A stretch of 64,000 nucleotides of DNA from an uncultured Bacteroidales bacterium. GTDB lineage: Bacteria > Bacteroidota > Bacteroidia > Bacteroidales > JAADJA01. The stretch is taken from positions 7,936 through 71,935 of the forward strand of contig CAVXTE010000059.1 in assembly GCA_963764475.1 (NCBI GenBank), written 5' to 3'. Each line of letters opens with the position of its first letter. Within the stretch, counting starts at the first letter, position 1. This document shows positions 1 to 10,695 of this stretch, one piece after another. The notes beneath the pieces were generated by a model. The model made no database searches. It was given only the letters and a program-made list of their open reading frames with translations, and was not told the DNA's origin. Made by a program: the position numbers and the translations under genes.

Positions 1-2045
1 TCCCGTCGAAGCCATTAAGCTGGCTGTGAAAGAATACAGTGGCAAGTATGGAACCGGAGGCGTGAACAAGCTCATCAGCGAACAGATATTAAAAATTTTT
101 ACGCCTTTGAGCTGATGATGGCGCCTTATGCTATTGGGCACATCAAAGTCAGCTTTCTGCTGGAGGAACTGGGTTACACCATGAAGGACGACGAGCGTTT
201 TAAGCTTTACCTCACCAATACCCTCGACATGGAAGACCTCGCCCAGACGCAGATACCCGGCCTCGAAAGCCTGAGCGATGAAAGCCACGAAGCCGGAAAG
301 GTGAAAAAGGATGAACCCATTATGGTTATTATTGGGAATCCGCCATATTCTGCTAACTCTGCAAATTATAACAAATGGACAGAAAAATTGCTTAAAGAAG
401 ATTTGGACGGTGCACAAAGCTATTATAAAATTAATGGGGAACACTTAAAAGAACACAATCCAAAATTGCTCCAGGACGATTATGTAAAATTTCTGCGTTT
501 TGCACAATGGAAAATTCATAAAGCAGGAAAAGGAATTGTTGGGATGATTACCAATCATGGTTATTTGAATAATGTAACTTTCCCCGGTATGCGGCAAAGT
601 TTGATGAAGACCTTTAATGAAATTTACATTCTCGATTTACATGGCGACAGTCAAAAGAAAGAAAAGGCACCGGATGGAAGCAAAGATGAAAATGTTTTTG
701 ACATAACAAAAGGAACGGCAATATCAATTTTTGTTAAAGATCCGATATTAAACGGTTGCAAAATTTATCATCATGATGTATTTGGCCTAAGAGAGGAAAA
801 ATACGCCTGGCTCGATAAGAATGATTTTAAAGTTATGCAGTCTCAATTGCTTAGTCCTAGGTCTCCTTGGTACTTCTTTATAAAAAGAAACACAAAAGAA
901 ATAGAATATTATCGTAATTGGCTAAAAATAACTGAAATATTTCCAATAAATTCAACAGGTATTAAAACACATAGAGATGATTTTGTTGTAGCATTTAAAG
1001 CTTCAGATTTAGAAAACAGATTAAGGCAGTTCAAAAATCTTAAATTTCCAGTTGAATTTTTAAATGAAGTTTATAAGCTCGAGAATACTTCAACTTTTGA
1101 TATTGAAAAAGCAAGAGAAAAGATGAATAATGATGTTGAGTTATTTGAAAAAATTTCTAACATTACATATCGTCCTTTTGATTCAAGATTTATAATTTAC
1201 TCAGATGATATTATTGATAGACCACGAAGAGAAATAATGACGCACATGTTATTTGATAATCTTGCCCTTGGAATAGTGCCGTCAAGGATATGTTGTTGGT
1301 GATGATTTTTTATGGAATTTATGTTTTGTTTGCGATACAATACTGGACGTCAATTTATTTTATAGAGGAGGAGTAAATGTATTTCCTCTTTATCTATATA
1401 AACCCTCCGACGAAAAGAAGAAAAAACATGGAACACAGGGGTATGATGCTCTTCGAACCGGAAGAAGAATATGACACGCAGGGCAGGAAGCCCAATATTG
1501 CTCCATTTATTTTCGAACAATTAGAAAATACATATAAAGTAAAACCGGCTCCGGAACAAATACTCAATTATTGCTATGCGGTTCTTTACAGCAACACCTA
1601 CCGTGAAAAATATGCCGAGTTCCTCAAAATAGATTTCCCCCGTATTCCCTTCACCGCCGATTATAAACTCTTTTTGCAAATGGCAGAATCAGGTCAGGAA
1701 CTCACCCAGCTCCATCTGCTTAAAAGTAATGCATTGAACAACCCGGTCGTTCGTTATTGGGGACAGGGTGAAGATGTGATTGAAAAGCCGGTGTTCGATG
1801 CAGAAAGTAAGCGTGTATATATCAACCAGTCCAAATATTTTGAAGGGATAAACGAAGAGGTTTGGGAATACCACATCGGAGGTTACCAGGTGATGCAAAA
1901 ATACCTGAAAGACCGAAAAGGCCGCCAGATGACCGACCCCGCCACCTATTGTAAAATAGCTACAGCCATCGCAAGAACAATTGATATACAGAAAAAGCTT
2001 GATCTGCTTTATTTGGAGGGAGAGAAAAAAGTGGTTGAATTTTAA
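1..2045 (+). CDS. Type ISP/IIG-like restriction-modification enzyme (N6-adenine methyltransferase plus C-terminal specificity domain), 5'-truncated by the window and split by frameshifts near 100 and 1290-1380
   Basis: GNPPY motif IV; DDYVKFLRFAQWKI; LDLHGD; YRPFD; YREKYAEFLKIDFPRIP; WEYHIGGYQV..KYLKDRKGR. ORFs 115..1302 and 1377..2045 are consecutive parts of one protein. Confidence 0.85.
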
Positions 2046-2070
2046 ACGCAAACAAAAAAAATTTTGTACC

Positions 2071-2139
2071 CCCACGCTGCTTTGGGCTAATAGCCCAAAG
2101 CCTGATAATCAAAGCAACGATAAACACTGGAAAAGCTAT
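2071..2139. repeat. Imperfect direct repeat, copy 1 (contains hairpin GCTTTGGGCT-AAT-AGCCCAAAGC)
   Basis: CCCACGCTGC.TTGGG...CAAAGCAAC.AT.AACACTGGAAAA.CTAT is shared with 2771..2824. Confidence 0.75.
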
Positions 2140-2306
2140 GGTCGGGCTTGCAGCTCTTTCAGGAAACTTTCGTCAATTCAATCAAATCAGTTAACTTTGA
2201 TAAATGGGAACAAAAGGCACAACAAGCTACAGGATTGGCGATCAAAATGCTTTGTACTTCATAACTATTGCTATAGAATGCCCGGAATTTTATAACTTTT
2301 AAGAAA

Positions 2307-2729
2307 ATGAAAACTAAACAAACAGACCGCAAAATATTACTTTCCACGCTGTGGATTTTCGCCATTTTAAATTACCTGTATTGTGATATAATGGGAATAA
2401 TGGATGTAAACCTGTTGAAGCAATATCTGACAGGAAATGTAAATGGAATGGAAATGAATGAAAATTTTTTACTGGGTGCTGCAATCCTGATGGAAATTCC
2501 GATTGCAATGGTTCTTCTGTCGAGACTGTTAAATTATAAAGCCAACCGATGGGCAAATATTATTGCCGGAATAATAATGACGCTTGTTCAAATTGCTTCA
2601 CTTTTTGCAGGTGCACCAACGAAGTACTACTTATTCTGTAGTATTGTCGAAATTGCAACAACAATTTTCATTGTAGGATGTGCAGTGCAATGGAAAAATG
2701 CAGCTATTTTGATCGAATACGAGGAATAA
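2307..2729 (+). CDS. DUF6326-like membrane protein
   Basis: LSTLWIFAILNYLYCDI motif; LLGAAILMEIPIAMV; RWANII; four hydrophobic segments. Confidence 0.75.
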   Translation: MKTKQTDRKILLSTLWIFAILNYLYCDIMGIMDVNLLKQYLTGNVNGMEMNENFLLGAAILMEIPIAMVLLSRLLNYKANRWANIIAGIIMTLVQIASLFAGAPTKYYLFCSIVEIATTIFIVGCAVQWKNAAILIEYEE

Positions 2730-2770
2730 TAAAGTTAAATAAAGAAGTAAAATAAAAGACGAATGCATAA

Positions 2771-2824
2771 CCCACGCTGCGTTGGGTTTATAACCAAAGC
2801 AACCATCAACACTGGAAAAACTAT
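2771..2824. repeat. Imperfect direct repeat, copy 2
   Basis: Matches 2071..2139; together the copies bracket the DUF6326 gene. Confidence 0.75.
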
Positions 2825-3047
2825 AGGTGGCAACGCGCAATATCGTTTACAATTTGTAACACTGTAACCAATTTAAGATAGATTGATACGATCTCCTGGG
2901 CCAAATCAGCAATAACGATTTACAGACATTTTTGACCCTTGCTAAACAATACATGTTTTCGTTTGTTGTAGCTCCATTCATTTGAAAGGATTGTGTGTCA
3001 AAAACGGGAGGTTAGCCGAATATTGATGAACGATAATTTCAAGCCAC

Positions 3048-4523
3048 ATGAAAATTTATTACATTTTACCATTTCTTACCATTTTAACGGTCAGCCTTTA
3101 TTCACAGGACCTTTACATCAAAGCAGGTACGCGTGTAACCGAAAAGGCCGGAACCCAGCTAAATTTTATAAACGGAAGCAACCTGGTCATCCGCGACAGT
3201 CCCAGCACTGCGCCCTCATTCCTGCAGGAGGGCCTTATCAATTTTTCGGGAGGTGGAGAAGCTCAGGTGGAGCAATACCTTACGAAAGAGACCTGGAACA
3301 GTGTTTCGTCGCCAATGTCGGATGCCGAAATCTCAGCCTACGAGTGGATGTACCTGATCGAATACAATGAGCCTGACAATACCTGGAGCTACCTTGTACA
3401 GCCGACGACACTACCGCTTAATGGGGGGGAAGGCTATTTAGTATGGCCTTATATCACGAATTCCCAGGGGTATCCACCGTCGCCGGATTCGGCTGTTTTC
3501 AAAGGAAATTTGAATTACCAGGACATTAACCTCACCCTTTCGAACACAGATGCCAGCCCTAAGTCGGGGTGGAACCTTGTGGGCAATCCGTTTCCCGTTG
3601 CACTGGAATGGAATGGCGATGCCTCGTGGAACCTGAGCAATGTTGGTGCGGCCATGTACATCTGGGACCCGGTTTCGGGGAATTATACGGTGTGGAATTA
3701 CAATACCGGCGGAACCAATTCCAACGGCGGATACATCGCTGCAACGCAGGGTTTCTGGGTACGGGTTGCAGATACAACGGGCACAGCCGCTTCGATGACA
3801 TTGCCGGCTTCGCAGCGGTCGCACAACGATGCTTCCTTCTATAAAAGTGGTGGCCCCCTGCTGCCGCAGCAATTGCTGTTAACCGTTGCAAACGGAACTA
3901 AAAACGACAAGACGGTCATCGGTTTCTTCGAAGATGCAACGCCGGGGTACGACGCTGACTATGATGCAACCTACCTTTACGGCGGGGATAGCAGTCCGGC
4001 CCTCTTTTCGATGATATCGGGCACGAACTTTTCGCTGAACGAATTGCCTTCTGTCGAGATATACCCTGTGGTACCGGTGGGTTTCGTTCCCAAACAACAG
4101 GGAACCTTTAACCTTACGGCCAACTGGACTGAAAGCTTCGATACATCAATCCCTGTCTGGCTGGAAGACCTGAAAGACAATGTTTACCATGACCTGAGGG
4201 CCGAGCCTGATTATGCTTTTACGGCAAACCCCGAAGATAACCTTCACCGGTTCAATGTATATTTTTCAAACCCGATGGGGATGGAAGAGCATTCCCTTGC
4301 CGGCCGGATCCATATCTATGCTTACCAGAAGACAGTGTATGTTAAGTTTGAGGGAACCCTCAGCGGTGATATTTTCATTTTCAATACACTGGGCGAAGAA
4401 ATTGCTTTGTATGAACATGGCGAAGCTCTTGTAAGAATACCCACGGAAGTGAGCCATGCTATGCTGATAGTAAAGGTGATCACCCCCGCAGGATTACTTT
4501 CCAGGAAGGTAATGGTACGCTGA
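3048..4523 (+). CDS. T9SS type A sorting domain-containing secreted protein
   Basis: Signal peptide ending YSQ; GWNLVGNPFP, IAATQGFWV and ATPGYDADYDA motifs; C-terminal CTD-like tail (IFNTLGEE...RKVMVR). Confidence 0.8.
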   Translation: MKIYYILPFLTILTVSLYSQDLYIKAGTRVTEKAGTQLNFINGSNLVIRDSPSTAPSFLQEGLINFSGGGEAQVEQYLTKETWNSVSSPMSDAEISAYEWMYLIEYNEPDNTWSYLVQPTTLPLNGGEGYLVWPYITNSQGYPPSPDSAVFKGNLNYQDINLTLSNTDASPKSGWNLVGNPFPVALEWNGDASWNLSNVGAAMYIWDPVSGNYTVWNYNTGGTNSNGGYIAATQGFWVRVADTTGTAASMTLPASQRSHNDASFYKSGGPLLPQQLLLTVANGTKNDKTVIGFFEDATPGYDADYDATYLYGGDSSPALFSMISGTNFSLNELPSVEIYPVVPVGFVPKQQGTFNLTANWTESFDTSIPVWLEDLKDNVYHDLRAEPDYAFTANPEDNLHRFNVYFSNPMGMEEHSLAGRIHIYAYQKTVYVKFEGTLSGDIFIFNTLGEEIALYEHGEALVRIPTEVSHAMLIVKVITPAGLLSRKVMVR

Positions 4524-4577
4524 ACAGGTACGGACATGAATACAACAAATTAATATTTAATTTAAACTAATCATTCA

Positions 4578-5945
4578 ATGAAAAAAGCATTTTTACTTTT
4601 CGTTTTGGCGGTGCTGATTCTTGCAGTTCAGACAGCCAGGAGTCAGGTCAGCGTGAACACCGATGGATCCGATCCGGATGCATCGGCCATGCTCGATATT
4701 AAAAGCACAACCAGTGGTCTGCTCATTCCACGTATGGACTCGGCCCAGCGTGTAGCCATACCCAGTCCGGCCACCGGCTTACTGGTGTATCAAACAAACG
4801 GCAGCAGTGGTTATTACTATTTCAATGGAACGGATTGGAAGATACTAAACAATTCCGACACACAGGCATGGGGGCTTACCGGAAACAGCGGAACCAATCC
4901 CGCAATAAACTTTATTGGGACTACCGATAATACTGACCTTGTTTTTAAAGTGAATAATGAAGAATCCGGTCTTATAAGCGCAGGTAGTGAGGCTAATACT
5001 TCATTTGGTATAAACGATGGCATCGGCACAGGCAGCTATAATTCTGCTTTCGGGTTTCACACATTAGGACCTACGAATTCGGGAAATCGCAATTCAGTTT
5101 TTGGTTTCAACAGTATGTCGAGTTCAACCACAGCAAGTTATAACACTGCCATGGGTTTTCAAACTATGTCTCACACAACCACCGGCTCTTATAATTCTGC
5201 ACTGGGTAATTCCTCCTTGCCAAATAACACTACCGGCTCTTATAACACTGCTGTGGGTGTTGACTCCATGCTAAGAAGCACCACAGGAGACGACAACACG
5301 GTTGAAGGTGCTTTCTCCTTAGAGAATAATACTACCGGAGGACAAAATGTAGCCATTGGATCAAGTGCCGGATATAATGATACCACCGGTAATAGCTCTA
5401 CATTTATCGGTTATCATTCCGGATTTAATAACTCCGGTTCAGCGAATGTCTTTCTTGGTTACAAATCAGGCCAAAATGAAACTGGCAATAACAAACTATA
5501 TATAGCCAACAGTAATGCCGACTCGGCTAATGCGCTCATTTATGGTGAGTTTGATAACCAATTAGTAGCCATAAACGGAAAGCTGCGCATAAACAACAAC
5601 TATACGCTGCCGACTGCGGATGGTAATTCCGCCCAGGTATTAACCACCGATGGCAGCGGCAACGTAAGCTGGCAGTCGGTACCAAACGTGATAAAGACCA
5701 CGGTGAACATTGACCTTCCATCTTTCGGCACCACTGTTACTAAGGAGATAGAAACGGTAACGGTGCCGGGTGCTAAGGTGGGCGCCACAGTAAGTGTATC
5801 GCCTTCGGCAGATTTGTTGGGTAACTGCGCCATTGGCTATGCGTGGGTTTCCAGTGCTAATACAGTCAGGATAGCATTCATCAACCAAAACACGGTTAGT
5901 AACGATAACCCCGCTATGGATTTTTACGTGACCGTTATTAATTAA
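4578..5945 (+). CDS. Secreted fibre/adhesin-like protein with YadA-head-like N-T/S-A-x-G repeats
   Basis: Signal peptide; QVSVNTDGSDPDASAMLDIKST..GLLIPRM N-module; repeated YNTAMG/YNSALG/QNVAIG; LPTADG..QVLTTDGSGNVSW linker. Confidence 0.8.
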   Translation: MKKAFLLFVLAVLILAVQTARSQVSVNTDGSDPDASAMLDIKSTTSGLLIPRMDSAQRVAIPSPATGLLVYQTNGSSGYYYFNGTDWKILNNSDTQAWGLTGNSGTNPAINFIGTTDNTDLVFKVNNEESGLISAGSEANTSFGINDGIGTGSYNSAFGFHTLGPTNSGNRNSVFGFNSMSSSTTASYNTAMGFQTMSHTTTGSYNSALGNSSLPNNTTGSYNTAVGVDSMLRSTTGDDNTVEGAFSLENNTTGGQNVAIGSSAGYNDTTGNSSTFIGYHSGFNNSGSANVFLGYKSGQNETGNNKLYIANSNADSANALIYGEFDNQLVAINGKLRINNNYTLPTADGNSAQVLTTDGSGNVSWQSVPNVIKTTVNIDLPSFGTTVTKEIETVTVPGAKVGATVSVSPSADLLGNCAIGYAWVSSANTVRIAFINQNTVSNDNPAMDFYVTVIN

Positions 5946-6629
5946 TTGCCCAGCGATGCCTCGGGGGTGGCTTCCTGGACTTCCTCAACATCGTTAGAAA
6001 CGGATCCGCAGGTAAGTTCGGCTACCACCAATAAAGTTCCAAAATGGAATGGAACCACCCTGGTTGACGGAACTATTGTTGATAATGGAAACGTTGGAAT
6101 TGGAACGACCAGTTCTGGTGCCAAATTGGAAGTAGCCGGGCAGGTGAAAATTACGGGAGGATCACCGGGTGCCGGAAAAGTACTTACCAGCGATGCCAGT
6201 GGTTTGGCCACCTGGCAGTCACGAACACCACTTTATACATCAACCACCGGCACATCAGCTTTTCCCAATGATAACAATTGGCAGGATGTTACGAGTCCTA
6301 TAACGATTAGCGACTGGAACATTGGCGACCTGTTCAAAATAGAAGCAAACGTAACTTTAAGGTTAACAGGGGGAACAGGGATTGATGATTTTAATATCCG
6401 GGTAAAATTTAGTTATAGCTCATGCGGCGATGAGTACAGCGATACCTTCTCTTATACACCTGATGAAGACCTTTCAAACCACGATGACTTCAGGATAGTT
6501 CCTTATTTGGCAATGCACACGTTAGATGGCTGTAGTGCAGGAAGTCTGACCGTTACTTTACAGGTACAAAATACAGGGGATGATCCCTGGGAAGCACGGA
6601 ACAGGATACTGGTTATGACGAAGTATTAA
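5946..6629 (+). CDS. Orphan C-terminal fibre module, in frame directly after the stop codon of 4578..5945
   Basis: No ATG or signal peptide; begins SDASGVASW; contains GNVGIGT..AKLEVAG and GKVLTSDASGLATW. Confidence 0.6.
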   Translation: MPSDASGVASWTSSTSLETDPQVSSATTNKVPKWNGTTLVDGTIVDNGNVGIGTTSSGAKLEVAGQVKITGGSPGAGKVLTSDASGLATWQSRTPLYTSTTGTSAFPNDNNWQDVTSPITISDWNIGDLFKIEANVTLRLTGGTGIDDFNIRVKFSYSSCGDEYSDTFSYTPDEDLSNHDDFRIVPYLAMHTLDGCSAGSLTVTLQVQNTGDDPWEARNRILVMTKY

Positions 6630-6699
6630 AGCAATATTGAGATTCAAAAATCACCTATTTTTATAATCAGGAAAACTTTTTATTAGATAGACATATTAA

Positions 6700-6935
6700 C
6701 GTGAAACTGCTATCCATACGCCCAAAACTGCCAATCTATCACAGGTGTATTAATTCAGTAATAATACCAATCCATTTAGTGGTTCGGTCCAAATAAATTA
6801 TAGCGAAGGGATTGAGTTGAACGGCATTGATAAAAATTCGCTTATACTGGATATATATGATGGCTGTGCATGGGCACAAGTCTCAGCGCCCAATAACCGA
6901 CGCTTCGGACATGCCTTTACTTTGCACTGGATTTT
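6700..6935 (+). pseudogene. Degraded fragment of a secreted (T9SS-type) protein
   Basis: Translates to ...QVY*FSNNTNPFSGSVQINYSEGIELNGIDKNSLILDIYDGCAW with an internal stop and no start. Confidence 0.35.
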
Positions 6936-7000
6936 ATTGTAAAATCTTTAATTAAATACTCGGGTTTTCTTATTTTTGGTGCAAATAAATACCGCAGCAA

Positions 7001-8257
7001 ATGTCATCCAGGAATATTTTTAAGGTTTTAGGCCCCGGTCTGCTGTATGCCGGTGCTGCAGTCGGTGTATCGCACCTGGTTCAATCCACGCGGGCCGGCG
7101 CCAGTTATGGTTTTGAACTGCTTTGGATACTGATCCTGGCCAATGCGGTCAAATATCCTTTCTTTGAATTCGGTCCGCGTTATGCAGCAGCAACAGGCCG
7201 AAACCTGATCGATGGTTACCGCCGGATCGGAAAATGGGCTGTCATCATGTTTGCCTTCCTGACCATTGGAACCATGTTTACCATTCAGGCCGCGGTTACC
7301 ATCGTTACAGCAGCCCTGGTCGGAAATGTTTTTGGATTCAGCCTTAACCCGGTTCAGATCAGTGCGATCATTCTGTTTATTACCATGATCATTCTGATGA
7401 TCGGGCGTTATTCTGTGCTGGATAAGCTCATTAAACTTGTCATTGTGCTGCTGGCCTTATCGACGATCACTGCGGTAGTGTTTGCTTTTGGCAAAGGGTA
7501 TCATCCCGATCCGGCAAACATGAAACATTTTTCATGGATCGTTCAGCCCGACATTTTTTTCCTGATCGCCTTTGTAGGGTGGATGCCGGCTCCCATCGAT
7601 GTGGCCGTATGGCAATCGCTTTGGACCAACGCAAAATATAAGGAATCGGGGATCATTCCAAAAATGAAAGATGTTCTGCTCGATTTCAAGATCGGCTATA
7701 TCGGAACGGTTATTCTTGCCATTTGCTTCCTTACTCTTGGTGCACTCATATTGTTTGGCAAGGGTCAGGAACTTTCACCCAAAGGTGTAGTTTTTGCCGG
7801 GCAACTGATCAGCATGTATACCACCAGCATCGGTAGATGGGCCTACATTATCATTGCCATTGCAGCAATTACAACAATGTTTTCGACAACCCTTACATGT
7901 CTCGACGCATACGCAAGGGTAATGAAACCGTTGCGTCAGTCTTTTTTCCCCGATAAATCCGGATCCACTACAAAAATAGACTGGGAGTCGTGGATATGGA
8001 TCATCATCACTGCCGGTGGCGCACTGATCATCATGGGTTTGCTGGCCAAAACCATGCAGACCATGGTGGATATTGCCACGACGCTTTCATTTGTGACGGC
8101 TCCCCTGCTGGCCATTCTGAATTACAAAGTAGTTACCGGCAAACAGATGCCGGATGAAGCCAGACCCCGGTTATGGCTCAGGATTTATGCCTGGATCGGA
8201 ATCATCTTTTTGAGCGGATTTACCATTTTCTATATCGTATGGATGCTGAAAGGATGA
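7001..8257 (+). CDS. Nramp-family divalent metal (Mn/Fe) transporter
   Basis: LGPGLLYAGAAVGVSHLVQSTRAGA; GWMPAPID; about 11 TM segments. Confidence 0.85.
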   Translation: MSSRNIFKVLGPGLLYAGAAVGVSHLVQSTRAGASYGFELLWILILANAVKYPFFEFGPRYAAATGRNLIDGYRRIGKWAVIMFAFLTIGTMFTIQAAVTIVTAALVGNVFGFSLNPVQISAIILFITMIILMIGRYSVLDKLIKLVIVLLALSTITAVVFAFGKGYHPDPANMKHFSWIVQPDIFFLIAFVGWMPAPIDVAVWQSLWTNAKYKESGIIPKMKDVLLDFKIGYIGTVILAICFLTLGALILFGKGQELSPKGVVFAGQLISMYTTSIGRWAYIIIAIAAITTMFSTTLTCLDAYARVMKPLRQSFFPDKSGSTTKIDWESWIWIIITAGGALIIMGLLAKTMQTMVDIATTLSFVTAPLLAILNYKVVTGKQMPDEARPRLWLRIYAWIGIIFLSGFTIFYIVWMLKG

Positions 8258-8534
8258 CGAAAAGGGGATGAGCCCTTTAACTTCTTCGTTAAAAAAAAGA
8301 AATCAAAAAATTCTTACTGACAGGGGTTTGCAAACCAACTCTTGCACACAAAGTTGCTTTCCTGTGGGAATTTAAGGAATCCAGTTTTTTACTCAGTACA
8401 TCATAATTAAATATTACTTTTACTTTAGTTTATGAATTGGATTCCATAGTGACGCTTTATTTATTTTGATTTAGATTTCTTACTATAATTTTTGAAATTT
8501 TATACTAACAATTTAAATATGGAGGACGCGCCTA

Positions 8535-9935
8535 ATGAAGACAAAAAGTTTACTTCTTAAATCAGTTAATTATCTTTTCATTACTGAAATTTACCCTGGC
8601 AATTTTCTTAAGCCGAAGTTGCTGTTGTTTAGTATGCTGCTCGTTTTATTCACAATGAATGTACAAATTTGCGATGCAGTTCCAAGTTATGCCAGGCAAA
8701 CCGGAATGTCTTGTATCGTTTGCCATACTGTGTTTCCGCAGCTAACCACCTTCGGTCGTGAATTTAAACTTAACGGATATACACTGGTAGGAAGTTCAAC
8801 CATTGAAGTCACTAACGACAAAGAGAAAAACTTACTTAAAATTCTTTCCAGTTCTCCGCTTTCTGTTATGTTCCAGACTTCACTGACGAGCCTGAATAAA
8901 AAGCTACCGGACACACAGAATGGTAACATTTCTTTTCCACAGCAACTCAGTTTATTCTATGCAGGGTTGATAACACCTCATATCGGCACGTTTATCCAGA
9001 TAACATATGCCGGCCAGGACGGAACTTTTGGGATGGATAACATCGATATTCGTTATAGTAATAGTACACAACTCGCAAAAAAAAGGTTGATTTACGGATT
9101 CACACTAAATAATAATCCAACTGTTCAGGATGTATGGAACAGTATCCCTGCCTGGAGATTTCCGTATGCCACCTCGGATGTAGCACCCAGTCCCACAGCG
9201 TCAACCCTGATTGAAGGAGCACTTGGTCAGCAAGTCGCGGGAATAGGAGCCTATAGTTATTTTAACAGCCTTCTTTATACAGAATTCAGCATTTACCGGT
9301 CTGCCCAGCAGGGCGTTGAAGCACCTCCGGGACTGGCGTCAGAAGGAATTATTAAAGGGGTTGCACCATACTGGCGGGTTGCACTTCAGCACAACTGGAA
9401 TAAACACTACCTTGAGGTAGGTACGACCGGTATGACGACTAATCTATATCCATCTGGTGTATCAGGCCAAACAAATAATTACACAGATATCGGAATCGAT
9501 GCTCAATACGAACTTACATTCCCAAAAGGCATTTTCGTTATACATCCATCCTATTATCTTGAAAATCAAAAACTCACTGCCTATTATGATTCTAGTTTCT
9601 CTCAAAACAAAACAAACCTTCTGCATTCATATAAAATGTCAGGAGAAATTTATTTTACAAAGGGTTTCGGTGCAACACTTGGTTATTTTGCTCTTATGGG
9701 AAGTAGCGATAACATTCTTTACCAGCCTTCAGCAAATGATGGAAGTTCTGCCGGATCTCCAAACAGTGATGGGTATATCGCCGAAATAGATTATCAACCC
9801 TGGTACAATATCAGGTTGTCTCTTCAATACACTTATTATAATAAGTATAATGGATCTGCAACTGATTATGATGGATTCCACCGAAATGCTTCTGATAACA
9901 ACTCACTTTACCTTTTATTATGGTTTAATTTCTGA
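8535..9935 (+). CDS. cyc2: Cyc2-like fused monoheme cytochrome-porin outer-membrane protein
   Basis: After the signal peptide: AVPSYARQTGMSCIVCH (CxxCH) and PQLTTFGREFKLNGY, the Cyc2 N-terminal signature. Beta-barrel-like body (NNNPTVQDVWNS); terminal Phe (LWFNF). Confidence 0.8.
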   Translation: MKTKSLLLKSVNYLFITEIYPGNFLKPKLLLFSMLLVLFTMNVQICDAVPSYARQTGMSCIVCHTVFPQLTTFGREFKLNGYTLVGSSTIEVTNDKEKNLLKILSSSPLSVMFQTSLTSLNKKLPDTQNGNISFPQQLSLFYAGLITPHIGTFIQITYAGQDGTFGMDNIDIRYSNSTQLAKKRLIYGFTLNNNPTVQDVWNSIPAWRFPYATSDVAPSPTASTLIEGALGQQVAGIGAYSYFNSLLYTEFSIYRSAQQGVEAPPGLASEGIIKGVAPYWRVALQHNWNKHYLEVGTTGMTTNLYPSGVSGQTNNYTDIGIDAQYELTFPKGIFVIHPSYYLENQKLTAYYDSSFSQNKTNLLHSYKMSGEIYFTKGFGATLGYFALMGSSDNILYQPSANDGSSAGSPNSDGYIAEIDYQPWYNIRLSLQYTYYNKYNGSATDYDGFHRNASDNNSLYLLLWFNF

Positions 9936-9985
9936 TTTTGAATAATAACATCGAATAATAAAAGTTTTTGTAAAAACAATAAATT

Positions 9986-10441
9986 ATGAATAAGAAGTCA
10001 TTTGGAACAGTCATCATTTTTATTGGAATCTTGCTGCTTTATCTATCCGGAAATCAATTAAATTCTAATAATACGTGTTGGCTTAAAGGAATCCCTCAAT
10101 CTAAAGCTGCAGATAAGGGAATTGGGCCTTTTCAAAATGTTACTTTAGCGCCCATTAATCAGGAAAAAGTAAAAGCCGGATTAAACATTTTTACGAATAA
10201 ATGCGCTTTGTGCCATGAACTGGATAATGTTAAAATCGGCCCGCCATTGAGGAATGTAACAAAAGATAATACCCCTGAATTTGTTCTTAACATGATTGTA
10301 AATCCTCTTGAGATGCAGAAGAGCGATACTGCCGTTAAGAATTTAATGAAAAAGTACAATAATGTGCCTATGCCTGATCAAAAGCTTTCACAGGATGATG
10401 TACGGACAGTTTATGAATACCTGCGTTCTGTAGTTAAATAG
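9986..10441 (+). CDS. Periplasmic/membrane-anchored monoheme cytochrome c
   Basis: CALCH heme motif; IGPPL; distal Met in VPMP; N-terminal hydrophobic segment. Confidence 0.9.
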   Translation: MNKKSFGTVIIFIGILLLYLSGNQLNSNNTCWLKGIPQSKAADKGIGPFQNVTLAPINQEKVKAGLNIFTNKCALCHELDNVKIGPPLRNVTKDNTPEFVLNMIVNPLEMQKSDTAVKNLMKKYNNVPMPDQKLSQDDVRTVYEYLRSVVK

Positions 10442-10695
10442 AAATTGGATCAGCTTCTTTACTTTAAACATGCTGTTATTCAGCAGGAAATCTTATTCTG
10501 CAGCTGATTTGGGTTCACAGCCTTATATTCCTAACGCATCTTGTTTGCAACCCAAATCTGCCATAACTAAAGAAACTGGTATCAACTGCAAATAAGGTTT
10601 TTAAGGTAAAGTAAGCTGCCCTCTTTTTCGTTACAACAAAAAAACATTACCAGAGGATGCAAATCACGCAAACCCTGACAATATCCTAATCCGAC

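Noticed and set aside
2905-3020. Possible attC site (TAAC...TTTTTGAC / GTCAAAAA...GTTAGCC)
   Set aside because: Arm complementarity is short and irregular, and there is no integron integrase in the window.
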